DNA of 50,084 nt from a virus (lineage: Duplodnaviria > Caudoviricetes), in the IMG/VR virus record IMGVR_UViG_3300032272_000019, positions 1-50,084 of that record. One strand, given 5' to 3'. This document shows, one piece after another, positions 1 through 8,467 of the stretch. Made by a program: the position numbers and the translations under genes. Under the pieces are notes generated by a model. The model was not told the DNA's origin. It searched no databases and saw nothing but the letters and a program-made list of their open reading frames with translations. Within the stretch, counting starts at the first letter, position 1; the number at the start of each line of letters is the position of its first letter.

Positions 1-129
1 TCCCAGATTATTCAGTGTTTTTCAAGCTGATGATCTCGGCAAAATATTTGAAGGAAATCTGCACAGTCTTTGAAAAATATCAGGACAGTTGTGGCGTGAC
101 GCTTCACATCGATACATCAGGCGAGGTCA
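1..129. repeat. Terminal direct repeat of 49956-50084 (circular assembly overlap)
   Basis: 129 bp identical except position 16 (T) vs 49971 (A); an ORF reads through the junction. Confidence 0.95.
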
Positions 130-257
130 AGGCGTTGATAGTAACGACTGAGGACTATGACGGCAATAAAGCCGAGGCCGTGATCATGCCGCTTGGGGGT
201 AAGGATTCAGAAGAAGAGAAGTCCCCTGCAGGCACCGCGGGAGGTGAAAGCAGTTGA
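1..257 (+). CDS. 3' part of DNA polymerase III beta-clamp-like protein (joins 49532-49955; about 226 aa total)
   Basis: Frame continuous across the circular junction; C-terminal VIMPL motif typical of beta clamp. Confidence 0.6.
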   Translation, partial: PDYSVFFKLMISAKYLKEICTVFEKYQDSCGVTLHIDTSGEVKALIVTTEDYDGNKAEAVIMPLGGKDSEEEKSPAGTAGGESS

Positions 258-440
258 GCGGAGTAGATTTATATCCTGTGACATTTGAAACCCGCTAATT
301 GCCAGTAACCGTCCGAACTAACTGCCGTGGGAGTGGGTGGTGCCATCCCACACGAATTTAATGTTTTGCTCCGGTGTTGTCACTTAATAAATACTCAAGC
401 CTTTTCGGTACCTAGTGGGACCGGGCAGCACCGGGGCAAT
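250..440 (+). ncRNA. Putative structured intergenic RNA
   Basis: 16-bp G-U-rich stem 366-381/424-439; GTGGGA/TCCCAC hairpin; GCAGTT/AACTGC stem. Confidence 0.3.
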
Positions 441-448
441 GAATAATA

Positions 449-483
449 CCTCTCCCCTGGAGGGAGAGGCTAGGTGAGGGGGA
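449..483. repeat. REP-like palindrome CCTCTCCC..GGGAGAGG..GGTGAGGGGGA (family B variant)
   Basis: Near copy at 46685-46720. Confidence 0.8.
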
Positions 484-489
484 ATAGAT

Positions 490-654
490 GTGAGTGAAGA
501 AAAAGAAATCCACCGGGCGAAATTGGTTTCACAAAACGGGGATGTGTCACCACTATGCGCCGAAGTCCCGAAGGCACTAAACCTGAAAAAAGAGAGTTGG
601 ACTAATCGTGATGAAGCGGTGACCTGTAAAAAATGCCTGGAGTTAATGAAATGA
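490..654 (+). CDS. Small 54-aa protein with C-terminal CKKC (not in ORF track)
   Basis: GTG after GAGGGGG; MSEEKEIHRAKLVSQNGDVSPLC...VTCKKCLELMK; ATGA overlap with next gene. Confidence 0.6.
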   Translation: MSEEKEIHRAKLVSQNGDVSPLCAEVPKALNLKKESWTNRDEAVTCKKCLELMK

Positions 655-1304
655 GCCAAGCCCAATTGACATTACCAGCCGTCATTGTTCAAAAGGGCAG
701 TTTGTCACATGCCGAGTTGGTTGAGCGTGGGTGCAAGTGGGCGTTGGCTGCGGGTAAGTGTGTGTTTGCCGTACCAGAATTTAAAACCATTTACTCAACA
801 CAGATCCCCGATGTTTATGGATTCCGCAGAAACATGGAAACGCTTGAGATTGAATGCAAGGCCAGCCGATCGGATTTTCTGGCTGACAAGCGCAAGAAGT
901 CGCGGAAGTCAGGGCACCGGATGGCGCATCACAGATATTATCTTTGCGAAAAAAATGTGATCAATCCAGACGATCTAACAGGTACCGATTGGGGTTTGTT
1001 GTGGGTGAAGTCTAAAACCGCTTGTTCGGTCATTGTGACGCCAGTAACAGAGGCATGTGAGCGCAAGGATCTGAAAGAACTTCTCGGTCAGGAAGTTGTT
1101 GAAGGTGTCGAGGCTTCAGGTATGGATATTGCGGTGAACCTTTTACGTCGTGTTCAGTGGCGCGGACTGGTCGATCAAATAATAAGAAACCACGAGTTTG
1201 AAGGCGGTCGGAATTTACCCTTTTCCAAAAAGTATGTGCATGAAGAGATATTCGGGGGTTCTGGGTGGCCAAATTTTGGACCTAAATATATAGGTTCAAT
1301 ATGA
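651..1304 (+). CDS. PD-(D/E)XK nuclease-like protein (MmcB-like)
   Basis: IPDVYG...EIECKASRSDFLADKRK motif. Confidence 0.6.
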   Translation: MSQAQLTLPAVIVQKGSLSHAELVERGCKWALAAGKCVFAVPEFKTIYSTQIPDVYGFRRNMETLEIECKASRSDFLADKRKKSRKSGHRMAHHRYYLCEKNVINPDDLTGTDWGLLWVKSKTACSVIVTPVTEACERKDLKELLGQEVVEGVEASGMDIAVNLLRRVQWRGLVDQIIRNHEFEGGRNLPFSKKYVHEEIFGGSGWPNFGPKYIGSI

Positions 1305-1648
1305 ACAAGCCTGTCAGAGTTCAACGCAAACGCTCCAAAGGCTGGCGCATGCCGGAGAACACGGTCAATGTCGGCAGGCCCAGCGTATGGGGCAACCCGT
1401 TCAAGGTCGAGGGCAATAACAGGTTGAAGGCGGTCAGAAAATTCCGGCAGTTTATGAAAATGCCTCAATCAAAAATAGCTGAACAGTTCGGGATTAACGC
1501 CATGACCCTAATAGCCTTAAGAATTGAATTGATAAAAAGATTGCCAGAACTCAAAGGCAAGAACCTGGCCTGCTGGTGTCCCTTAGATCAGCCATGCCAT
1601 GCGGATGTGCTTTTAGAAATGGCGAACCGTAGAACCAAATCCCCCTAA
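1301..1648 (+). CDS. DUF4326 family protein
   Basis: RVQRKRSKGWRMP, VGRPSVWGNPF, LKGKNLACWC...CHADVLLEMAN. Confidence 0.85.
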   Translation: MNKPVRVQRKRSKGWRMPENTVNVGRPSVWGNPFKVEGNNRLKAVRKFRQFMKMPQSKIAEQFGINAMTLIALRIELIKRLPELKGKNLACWCPLDQPCHADVLLEMANRRTKSP

Positions 1649-1757
1649 CCCCTGTGGTGTTCGACCGGGGCTTTCATGCCCGGAACGGGTACTTCGTGGA
1701 AGGGGGGACCGAAAGGCTCCCTCTTTTTAAAGAGGGCTGGGGTGATTGACAACCAGG
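1633..1757. repeat. Composite REP-like element (family B) carrying micro-insert copy 1
   Basis: Matches 28039-28077 and 49154-49213. Confidence 0.85.
1653..1691 (+). mobile_element. Type-1 micro-element, copy 1 (39 bp)
   Basis: Removal restores the element at 28039-28075 with one loop mismatch. Confidence 0.8.
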
Positions 1758-1766
1758 GGTTTACTC

Positions 1767-1943
1767 ATGATCAAAAATTTATTCTGGAATATCTGGGCGC
1801 GGTTTTTTGAGATCGGTGAGTGCTTCATGTTTCTAGGGGGAATGATCATCATGCTTTTGTTCTCGCTGGTTCTTGCGGTGCCTGCTCTTCTGTTTAAAGA
1901 AACCGAGCATGATGGTAAGCCCGTTAGGTGGAACCACAGATGA
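1767..1943 (+). CDS. Small membrane protein
   Basis: Hydrophobic stretch FMFLGGMIIMLLFSLVLAVPALLF; flanked by repeats. Confidence 0.5.
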   Translation: MIKNLFWNIWARFFEIGECFMFLGGMIIMLLFSLVLAVPALLFKETEHDGKPVRWNHR

Positions 1944-2004
1944 ACACGGATCAAATCTGATAAGTGCGTTTTTAATCTCTGTTCATCTGTGTTTATCGGT
2001 GGTT
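1932..2004. repeat. Decamer-built palindrome (family A: AACCACAGAT-GAACACGGAT...ATCGGTGGTT)
   Basis: Inverted near-copy at 4630-4703. Confidence 0.85.
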
Positions 2005-2021
2005 AAGAAAGGAAGTGTTAA

Positions 2022-3215
2022 ATGTCAAAAACAAAAATTGAGTGGACTGACTTTAGCTGGAACCCGATCCGTGCCCGGCAGATATCGACCGGCAAGGTCG
2101 GGCACCACTGCACGATGATCGCGACCGGTTGCAAATTTTGTTACAGCCATGCCATGCAGAGTCGGTTCGGCGACAACTTTGGCATAGAGCTCCCTTACAA
2201 AAAAGAATCGCTCAACGATATCGAGTTCTTCATCGATGAAGACACGCTCAAACAACCGCTCGGGTGGCGTGAACCGAAGAAGGTTTTTGTCTGCTCGATG
2301 ATGGATTTGTTTCATCCATCAATACCTCTTGAACTGATCGACCAGGTGTTTGCTGTGATGGCAATAGCCTCAAAACACACGTTCATAGTGCTGACCAAAC
2401 GTCCACCGCAGATGCTCGAGTATTTGAATGGGTTTGCTAATGGCGATGATCCCACGATTGAAAGGGTTCTGCGGCTTAAAAATTACCAGAAATTCCATAA
2501 ACATTTTTCAGATTACCGCATGGGTGGGGCACTACCCAATGTCTGGCTGATGGTTTCAGGATCCAATCAGGACGATATTGACCGGAATGTGCCGATCCTT
2601 TTGGAATGTCCGGCCGTAGTGCGGGGTGTGAGCCTCGAGCCGATGACCGGGCCGGTGGACCTTGCGGCATGGTTGCCGCGATCTAATCCGGAATATGAAG
2701 AACAAGGAACGTCATGCTGGAACTGTGGCGGTGACGGGGGTTTTCATGATTGCGGTGAATGCGCATGCGTGTGTCTCGATAAAGAAGAGATCCACCGGCC
2801 TTGTGAGATATGTGACGGTGAAGGTGAATACATGCTTCCCGAATATTTGGATGGCCTCGACTGGGTGATCACCGGTGGTGAGACGGGGGAGGGGGCAAGG
2901 CCCGCACATCCTGACTGGTTTCGCAGCATCCGCGACCAATGCGAAAAATATAAAACCAAATATTTTCATAAGCAGAACGGGGTTTTTAAGCAGATCGGTT
3001 ATGACGATTGGCAGAAGGGTGGCGGCATCGTTCTCAGTGAGGATGGCCATGTCTTAATGAACCGGCAGAAAGGGCTAAATGCCCCAGCCTTGTTTCCCAT
3101 TTGCGATAGCGATGTTTTGTTGCGCAAAACCAATAAACAAACCGCTGGCCGGTTGATTGACGGCATTGAGCATAGTGAATTCCCCGCCACAAATAAAAGT
3201 GAGGTGAAAGGATGA
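2022..3215 (+). CDS. Phage Gp37/Gp68 (DUF5131) family protein
   Basis: TKIEWTD.SWNP, C..IATGCKFCY, VFVCSMMDLFH, LTKRP, VSLEP, LDWVITGGETG, FHKQNG. Confidence 0.9.
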   Translation: MSKTKIEWTDFSWNPIRARQISTGKVGHHCTMIATGCKFCYSHAMQSRFGDNFGIELPYKKESLNDIEFFIDEDTLKQPLGWREPKKVFVCSMMDLFHPSIPLELIDQVFAVMAIASKHTFIVLTKRPPQMLEYLNGFANGDDPTIERVLRLKNYQKFHKHFSDYRMGGALPNVWLMVSGSNQDDIDRNVPILLECPAVVRGVSLEPMTGPVDLAAWLPRSNPEYEEQGTSCWNCGGDGGFHDCGECACVCLDKEEIHRPCEICDGEGEYMLPEYLDGLDWVITGGETGEGARPAHPDWFRSIRDQCEKYKTKYFHKQNGVFKQIGYDDWQKGGGIVLSEDGHVLMNRQKGLNAPALFPICDSDVLLRKTNKQTAGRLIDGIEHSEFPATNKSEVKG

Positions 3216-3850
3216 ACTTAAGCCACTGCACGGAAGAACGGTTTTTGAATGATGTCAAAGAGCATGAACTAACTGTGGTCCATGATTCTGAAAATGGTCG
3301 GCATTTGAAATTCAGAAAACCGGGCACCATTTGTTATGGGTTTGACCTCATCACCTGGCCGGGGTTCTTGTCTATCACGGGGGATCTCGGTTGTTATGTT
3401 TTTTCGCGACTCCCGGACATGTTCGAGTTTTTCAGGATGGAGGAGGGAAGAATCTATCCTGTCGGGAATAAAGAGTTATCCATCAACCCTGGATATTGGG
3501 GACAGAAACTAAAAAGCATTTGCAAGATTGGCGGCTTCCAGGAATTTTCCGAGGTAAGTTTCCGCGCCGCCATCAAGGATCACTATGAAACTAATTGGGA
3601 ATATGAATCACCAAAGCAAAAAGGTGTGGTGTGGCGGGAACTCAAAGAGGAGATCCTGGACTACGCCGACGTGCGCGAAGTGGCCTTTCATCAAGCATAT
3701 AGTTTCAAGTCAAGCTATGGGCACAGGATCTATGACTGGGAGGCTGATTGTGAAGCGTTCACGTTCTCTTACATCTGGTGCCTGTACGCCATTGTCTGGG
3801 GGATATCTAAATACGATGAACTGAAAGCCGTGGCGGAGGTGAAATCATGA
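3212..3850 (+). CDS. Conserved phage hypothetical protein (paralog 1)
   Basis: FDLITWPG.L..TGD.G.YVF.R..DMF.FFR shared with next ORF. Confidence 0.8.
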   Translation: MNLSHCTEERFLNDVKEHELTVVHDSENGRHLKFRKPGTICYGFDLITWPGFLSITGDLGCYVFSRLPDMFEFFRMEEGRIYPVGNKELSINPGYWGQKLKSICKIGGFQEFSEVSFRAAIKDHYETNWEYESPKQKGVVWRELKEEILDYADVREVAFHQAYSFKSSYGHRIYDWEADCEAFTFSYIWCLYAIVWGISKYDELKAVAEVKS

Positions 3851-4512
3851 AAGAACGGCCATGCTCGGAAGAACAGTTTTTAAAAAACGTGAAGGATCAC
3901 AAGGCCATCATCATCCGTGATGATGATGAAAGGGCCTATCGCCATATCCGGTTCAGGCAGCCTAAAGATAGCAACATGTATTTTGATTTGATCACTTGGC
4001 CGGGGCACCTATGCTTCACCGGCGATATGGGCACCTATGTTTTCGAACGTGTTGAAGATATGTTCGGCTTTTTCAGGAACAACCACACCAAAGATAAGAA
4101 TATCGGGCTGTCGATCAATCCAGATTACTGGGGTGAAAAGTTGCTCTGCAGTGACAAGGTGAGCGGTTTTCAAAAGTTCTCGCCTGAAAGGTTTAAGGAG
4201 CGGGCTAGAGACCACCTTGAACGGTGTGAGTACGATGAGATTCTTCAGGAGCGTATCTGGAAGGAAGTTGAAGAAAGTGTTTTGTGTTATCTCGATGGGG
4301 ACTTTGATCAAGAGAACAGAGCTTATAGAAAAATTCAAGATTTCGTGTCAGAAGAAGAGCCTTCTTTCATCTTTCTAGATTTCTTCGATGGCGGGGGTAC
4401 GAACGAATACACCTATCGGTATATCTGGTGCCTCTACGCCATTGTCTGGGGGATATCTAAATACGATGAGGTCAGGGCGGAGAAAGAAAACACCACGGCG
4501 GTGGCGCCGTGA
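3847..4512 (+). CDS. Conserved phage hypothetical protein (paralog 2)
   Basis: Paralogous over full length to 3212-3850; ATGA overlap. Confidence 0.8.
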   Translation: MKERPCSEEQFLKNVKDHKAIIIRDDDERAYRHIRFRQPKDSNMYFDLITWPGHLCFTGDMGTYVFERVEDMFGFFRNNHTKDKNIGLSINPDYWGEKLLCSDKVSGFQKFSPERFKERARDHLERCEYDEILQERIWKEVEESVLCYLDGDFDQENRAYRKIQDFVSEEEPSFIFLDFFDGGGTNEYTYRYIWCLYAIVWGISKYDEVRAEKENTTAVAP

Positions 4513-4629
4513 TCGGATTCACTGAGCTCATTGTCGTCATGGCCATCTTGTTTGTGATTTATACCCCTTCGGGGCATGAAAGCTAATGAAGAGGTCATCA
4601 CATCCGGTCGGGCACTACCGAACCTGAGT
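4509..4629 (+). pseudogene. TatA-like mini-gene interrupted by micro-element
   Basis: IGFTELIVVMAILFVIY|SGRALPNL once about 40 bp are removed. Confidence 0.35.
4562..4602 (-). mobile_element. Type-1 micro-element, copy 2 (41 bp)
   Basis: Reverse complement TGTGATGACCTCTTCATTAGCTTTCATGCCCCGAAGGGGTA fits consensus. Confidence 0.75.
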
Positions 4630-4703
4630 AACCACAGATGGACACCGATGAACAGAGATTTAAAACCGAACTTATCAGATTTGATCTGTGTTTATCGGTG
4701 GTT
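4630..4703. repeat. Family A decamer palindrome
   Basis: Reverse-complement near-copy of 1932-2004 including spacer. Confidence 0.85.
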
Positions 4704-4728
4704 GACTAAACCTTAATGGAGAAACTTT

Positions 4729-5067
4729 ATGAACGCTGAAACCAAACCATCGGGACCGGTCAAGGTCAAGGGGCTGGGCAACCGTCTGCGCCAGTGGCGC
4801 AAAAGAAAAGGCCTGAAGCTGAAGGAACTGTCGGCAGTGCTGGGGGTGTCTCAAGGAAGCTTGTCGGATATTGAAAACGAAAAGTCTCTGCCCTCGGCGG
4901 ATACTTTGCTCTCGATCGAAATGAACACCGATCTGTGCATCCTCTATCTTTTGAGTGGCCGAGCCGACCGAGCGGGTCAAGAAAAAATATGGGACTACAG
5001 AGACGCACCGATAGTCATCAACCTGAAAGAACATGCCGGTGGTGTGTTGATCAAGTCGGGGGAATGA
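4729..5067 (+). CDS. XRE-family HTH protein
   Basis: LGNRLRQWRKRKGLKLKELSAVLGVSQGSLSDIENEKSLPS. Confidence 0.9.
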   Translation: MNAETKPSGPVKVKGLGNRLRQWRKRKGLKLKELSAVLGVSQGSLSDIENEKSLPSADTLLSIEMNTDLCILYLLSGRADRAGQEKIWDYRDAPIVINLKEHAGGVLIKSGE

Positions 5068-5648
5068 TGCTTCGAGAGCCTCAGCATGACAATAAACAAT
5101 CTGCCGCGAGTCGTTCATTGGATGCAACGTCACGTTGCCAGGTTCGTTTATTCAGAGATCCTACTCGAGGGGCGATGTTCTCGGCTGACAGGATCTATCG
5201 TTATCTTTTATGGCGGCGGTGGGACCCTGCTCAACGGCATGGGGTGTTCTTGATGCTCAACCCCTCAACGGCAGATGAGACGGTGAACGATCGCACGGTG
5301 GCGAAGTGCGAGAACTGGGCCCGACAATGGGGCTGGGGTGGACTTTATGTGCTGAACCTTTTTGCTTACCGGTCCACGGATCCGAAACTGATGAAGCTGG
5401 TGAAGGAACCGATCGGACCGGATAACGACCGTGTGATTCTGAAGATTTGCCAGCGGGCGCATTTAATTGTTTGTGCCTGGGGGAATGACGGAACGCATGA
5501 TGGTCGGTCGTACCAGGTTCAGCAGATGCTGGTGAAAAACGGGTGCATGACGAAACTGTTCTCCCTGCACCGAAATGAAGCGACGGGCGAACCGGGTCAC
5601 CCGCTGTATTTGAAGAACAGCACTGAACTGACACCGATGTTTGGCTGA
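5064..5648 (+). CDS. DUF1643 family protein (start inferred from ATGA overlap)
   Basis: YRYLLWRRWD, MLNPSTAD, NLFAYRSTDP, AWG, HPLY. Confidence 0.85.
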   Translation: MMLREPQHDNKQSAASRSLDATSRCQVRLFRDPTRGAMFSADRIYRYLLWRRWDPAQRHGVFLMLNPSTADETVNDRTVAKCENWARQWGWGGLYVLNLFAYRSTDPKLMKLVKEPIGPDNDRVILKICQRAHLIVCAWGNDGTHDGRSYQVQQMLVKNGCMTKLFSLHRNEATGEPGHPLYLKNSTELTPMFG

Positions 5649-5657
5649 TGGAATGGA

Positions 5658-6683
5658 ATGAGAATTAAAAAAGGTTGGCAAAAAGTAGACAACCAACTAC
5701 AGGACCCGGAGCACTGGGACGCGGTTCGCGGGATTGGTCCCAATGCCATGCAGCTATATCTCTATCTGGTGACCTGGATGGACGATGAAAAGCGTTATAT
5801 CGGCAGGAAGTATCAAACCATATACGAGGACACGGGGGTGCCTGTGCGGACTCTCAAGGAGTGGATGCGAAAATTGAAGAAAAACGGTTATGTCGAAGTA
5901 ACGAGGTTTGCTCAATCGATGGGGATTCATGTTGTTCCACTGGGCGTTCGGCATAAAAAGAGAAGTGCCAGTTCCGACACTTCCCCGGATGGCCGGGAGC
6001 CAGAAAGAACCGAGACCCATGAACCGGTTGAGGGTCGGCAAGAAGTCATTGAAGAAGTGCTGAACCCGGCACCACTTGAAGTGCAGGAAGTGGCCCCTCA
6101 TGCTGTTTTTTTGCCTAAAACAGAAGTGCCAGTTGAAGGTGAGAGAAGTGCCAGATCAGAGGGAGAGATGGGCCAGATGCCAGACAGTGAAGTGCAGGAC
6201 GTTGTAACAGGTGCAGAGAACAGCACTTCTTCAAGCGATGGATTTAAAAAGGAAAAACAGCCGACAGGTGCAACCTGTGGCCCATCGGATAAGAGTCTTT
6301 TAAAAAGATTTTCTGTTTTAGATTCTTTAAGGGAGAGGGGGGACAGTTTGGAAACGGAAGCTGAACTGTTTTGGGAATTAGCGTCACGGGTTCACAACAA
6401 GATTCACCACCTCCCCCTGTTGAATAAAAATATTGAGAAGGATCTGGAAAAGATTAAAACATTTTTCTCTGAGAACGTGATCGATTTCAACACTCTGCTC
6501 ATCGCCTATGTGAGTTTTTGCCGGTCACGAGACGATTATTTGCGGGGTCGGCCTCGCAACATCGCCATGTTCTTCGGCCAGGTTGATGACCATCTGGTTT
6601 GGGCTGGGCATAAACGCTGGGCAATGTCTGAACGACTGAAAGAACGGCGACAATCAATTTTAACCACCGATGGACACGGATAA
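5658..6683 (+). CDS. Putative replication initiator (N-terminal winged HTH)
   Basis: LYLYL..., TGVPVRTLKEWMRKLKKNGYVE; low-complexity linker containing iteron-like repeats. Confidence 0.6.
   Translation: MRIKKGWQKVDNQLQDPEHWDAVRGIGPNAMQLYLYLVTWMDDEKRYIGRKYQTIYEDTGVPVRTLKEWMRKLKKNGYVEVTRFAQSMGIHVVPLGVRHKKRSASSDTSPDGREPERTETHEPVEGRQEVIEEVLNPAPLEVQEVAPHAVFLPKTEVPVEGERSARSEGEMGQMPDSEVQDVVTGAENSTSSSDGFKKEKQPTGATCGPSDKSLLKRFSVLDSLRERGDSLETEAELFWELASRVHNKIHHLPLLNKNIEKDLEKIKTFFSENVIDFNTLLIAYVSFCRSRDDYLRGRPRNIAMFFGQVDDHLVWAGHKRWAMSERLKERRQSILTTDGHG
5961..6330. promoter_or_regulatory. Putative replication origin (GAAGTGC iterons plus AT-rich tract)
   Basis: GAAGTGC cores in repeats starting near 5961, 6053, 6078, 6122, 6144, 6189; inverted copy 6221-6234; AT-rich 6290-6330. 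Confidence 0.55.
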
Positions 6684-6723
6684 ACAGAGATAAATCTGAG
6701 TTCATCTGTGTGAATCTGTGGTT
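6662..6723. repeat. Family A decamer palindrome (3+3 units)
   Basis: AACCACCGAT GGACACGGAT AAACAGAGAT / ATCTGAGTTC ATCTGTGTGA ATCTGTGGTT. Confidence 0.85.
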
Positions 6724-6741
6724 TAAAAAAAGGAGTGGCAC

Positions 6742-7428
6742 ATGACTGAAAACGATAAAGGCATCATCGAAAAATATGACTGGTCGTGGAGTGAGGTAAA
6801 CGAGCGACACACTTTTTATAAAAAGGATGGCCTCAGACGTTACACCTATAAAAAACTGGAGTTCGCGCCGAAGAACTTTGTCACTGGCGAACTGCTGGAT
6901 ATTGACCCGGCAACCTGGGACATGTATCCGTTTCTGATCGATGAGCTTTCGACCTTGCGGATGAACAACGGTGCATCGGTGGTGATCCACCGCAACGGGG
7001 GGTTTTCGGTGGATGGTCACAGTGACCATTCGTTGCATTACGGGTGGCCGCGTTCACCCGTTCATGTGAAATTTTCAGATATAAGGCCGAATGAAACTCC
7101 GAGCGAAGAAATGAAGGATTTCCCAACTTGTATAGGATTGGCTGTCGATTTGACGGTGATGGACAGGCAGGGAAAACCTCGCCCGATCATTGACCAGGCG
7201 TTGATGGCTTACAAAGTTCTTCCTCCCGGATTCCGCATCGGTATTTATCCGTTCTGGAACCGGCCGGGACTGCACATTGACTACGCGAAGGGTACCGGGA
7301 AATCCGATTCCGTCTGGTTCAAGCCGAAAGAAGGGAAGCACCGGTTCTTTCCACGTTCAAAATTTTATGAGTGCATCGAGGAGTGCATTCTACACCTGAA
7401 CGAAATAGAAGAACAGGAAGCTGCGTAA
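6742..7428 (+). CDS. Peptidase M15-like protein (candidate endolysin)
   Basis: HS..SLHY...GLAVD...RIGIYP.W...LHID zinc-peptidase motifs; AGGAG RBS. Confidence 0.65.
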   Translation: MTENDKGIIEKYDWSWSEVNERHTFYKKDGLRRYTYKKLEFAPKNFVTGELLDIDPATWDMYPFLIDELSTLRMNNGASVVIHRNGGFSVDGHSDHSLHYGWPRSPVHVKFSDIRPNETPSEEMKDFPTCIGLAVDLTVMDRQGKPRPIIDQALMAYKVLPPGFRIGIYPFWNRPGLHIDYAKGTGKSDSVWFKPKEGKHRFFPRSKFYECIEECILHLNEIEEQEAA

Positions 7429-7799
7429 TGGATATCATCGTCAAATATTTAGAAGGCCAGACCAAACAGACAATTGCCCGGCACGGCAAGGGGTCAACTA
7501 TGTTCACGAACAGTTTTTATCTGAGCAAGGCCGGTCGGCCGTTGTTTGAAAAGGGAAAGTCGAACCGTGTTTTTCATTTGGAAGGTGATTTCCTCATTGG
7601 CTACAGCGTTCCGTGCGATAGGGGGATGATTTACAAAGGCCAGATCACGATTGAACGGTATGTTTCCGGATTTAAATGGATCGAGCCGATACCGTTCTGG
7701 GCAGGCATCAAACTGTATTACGAGTTTGTCGAAATGCCGGAGGGTATTGCGGACAACGTGAAATTACTGGTTGAGAATGTCGGTCACAAATCGACATGA
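7428..7799 (+). CDS. Hypothetical protein
   Basis: TAATG overlap with upstream gene. Confidence 0.6.
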   Translation: MDIIVKYLEGQTKQTIARHGKGSTMFTNSFYLSKAGRPLFEKGKSNRVFHLEGDFLIGYSVPCDRGMIYKGQITIERYVSGFKWIEPIPFWAGIKLYYEFVEMPEGIADNVKLLVENVGHKST

Positions 7800-7830
7800 G
7801 CAACCGTGCACAACTGAAAGGTTTGTAATT

Positions 7831-8070
7831 ATGGATTACTGTACGCCATCTCAGCATCAAGTTTATAAGGGGCAGATTGCCAGGCTGGAAGATCAACTGA
7901 GGGCAAAGGAAAAACAGATCGCCATGATGGGCGGCGATCATGTCTGCACTGGATGTGATGTTTTTCTGGATCCTAAAATGGATTGTGAAATTTTCAAATA
8001 CGCAAAGATGGCCAGAGGCGTCAAGCCCGACAAGTTCTCGTGTCGGTTCCACTCCGCGTGGGGCGAGTGA
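7831..8070 (+). CDS. Hypothetical Cys-containing protein
   Basis: Coiled segment then CTGC..C..C; start uncertain. Confidence 0.5.
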   Translation: MDYCTPSQHQVYKGQIARLEDQLRAKEKQIAMMGGDHVCTGCDVFLDPKMDCEIFKYAKMARGVKPDKFSCRFHSAWGE

Positions 8071-8077
8071 GACCCTT

Positions 8078-8389
8078 ATGGCGACTAAAAGTAAAAACCT
8101 TGTTCTCGTTTTGGATTATGAATATTTCGATCAGGTTGAGGCTGGAGAGAAACCCGAAGAGTACCGCGAGTTCAAACAGTACTGGGTCACCCGGTTGGTG
8201 GGCAGGAAGTACGAAAAAATTATTATAAGACGCGGGTATACGAAAACTCAACTCGAGTTCCCGTATAACGGCTATGAAATTAAAACCATCACCCATAAAA
8301 AGTTTGGCAACAAACCGAAGGTGGTGTTCGCAATACCTTTGGTCGCGGGGCCAGTGAAAACCTTAAAAGGAACCACAGATGAACACTGA
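8078..8389 (+). CDS. ASCH/PUA-like domain protein
   Basis: L.L..EYFDQV.AGEK.EEYRE...YW..RL. Confidence 0.75.
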   Translation: MATKSKNLVLVLDYEYFDQVEAGEKPEEYREFKQYWVTRLVGRKYEKIIIRRGYTKTQLEFPYNGYEIKTITHKKFGNKPKVVFAIPLVAGPVKTLKGTTDEH

Positions 8390-8460
8390 TTCACACAGAT
8401 TTTTGAATGTCATGCTGAGGCCCTCGAAGCATATCTGTGTTTATCTGTGTTTATCGGTGG
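8371..8460. repeat. Family A palindrome with nested family C unit (8408-8432)
   Basis: Three decamers each side; TGTCATGCTGAGGCCCTCGAAGCAT also inverted at 33126-33150 and 5067-5091. Confidence 0.85.
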
Positions 8461-8467
8461 ATAAAGA

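Noticed and set aside
651-1304. PD-(D/E)XK protein as mobiliser of the repeats or micro-elements
   Set aside because: Common phage early gene without HUH/Y1 or DDE motifs; nothing links it to the elements
3773-4469. Diversity-generating retroelement TR/VR pair
   Set aside because: No reverse transcriptase; the single mismatch is G/C, not adenine-specific; no repeat matches the tail-fibre 3' end
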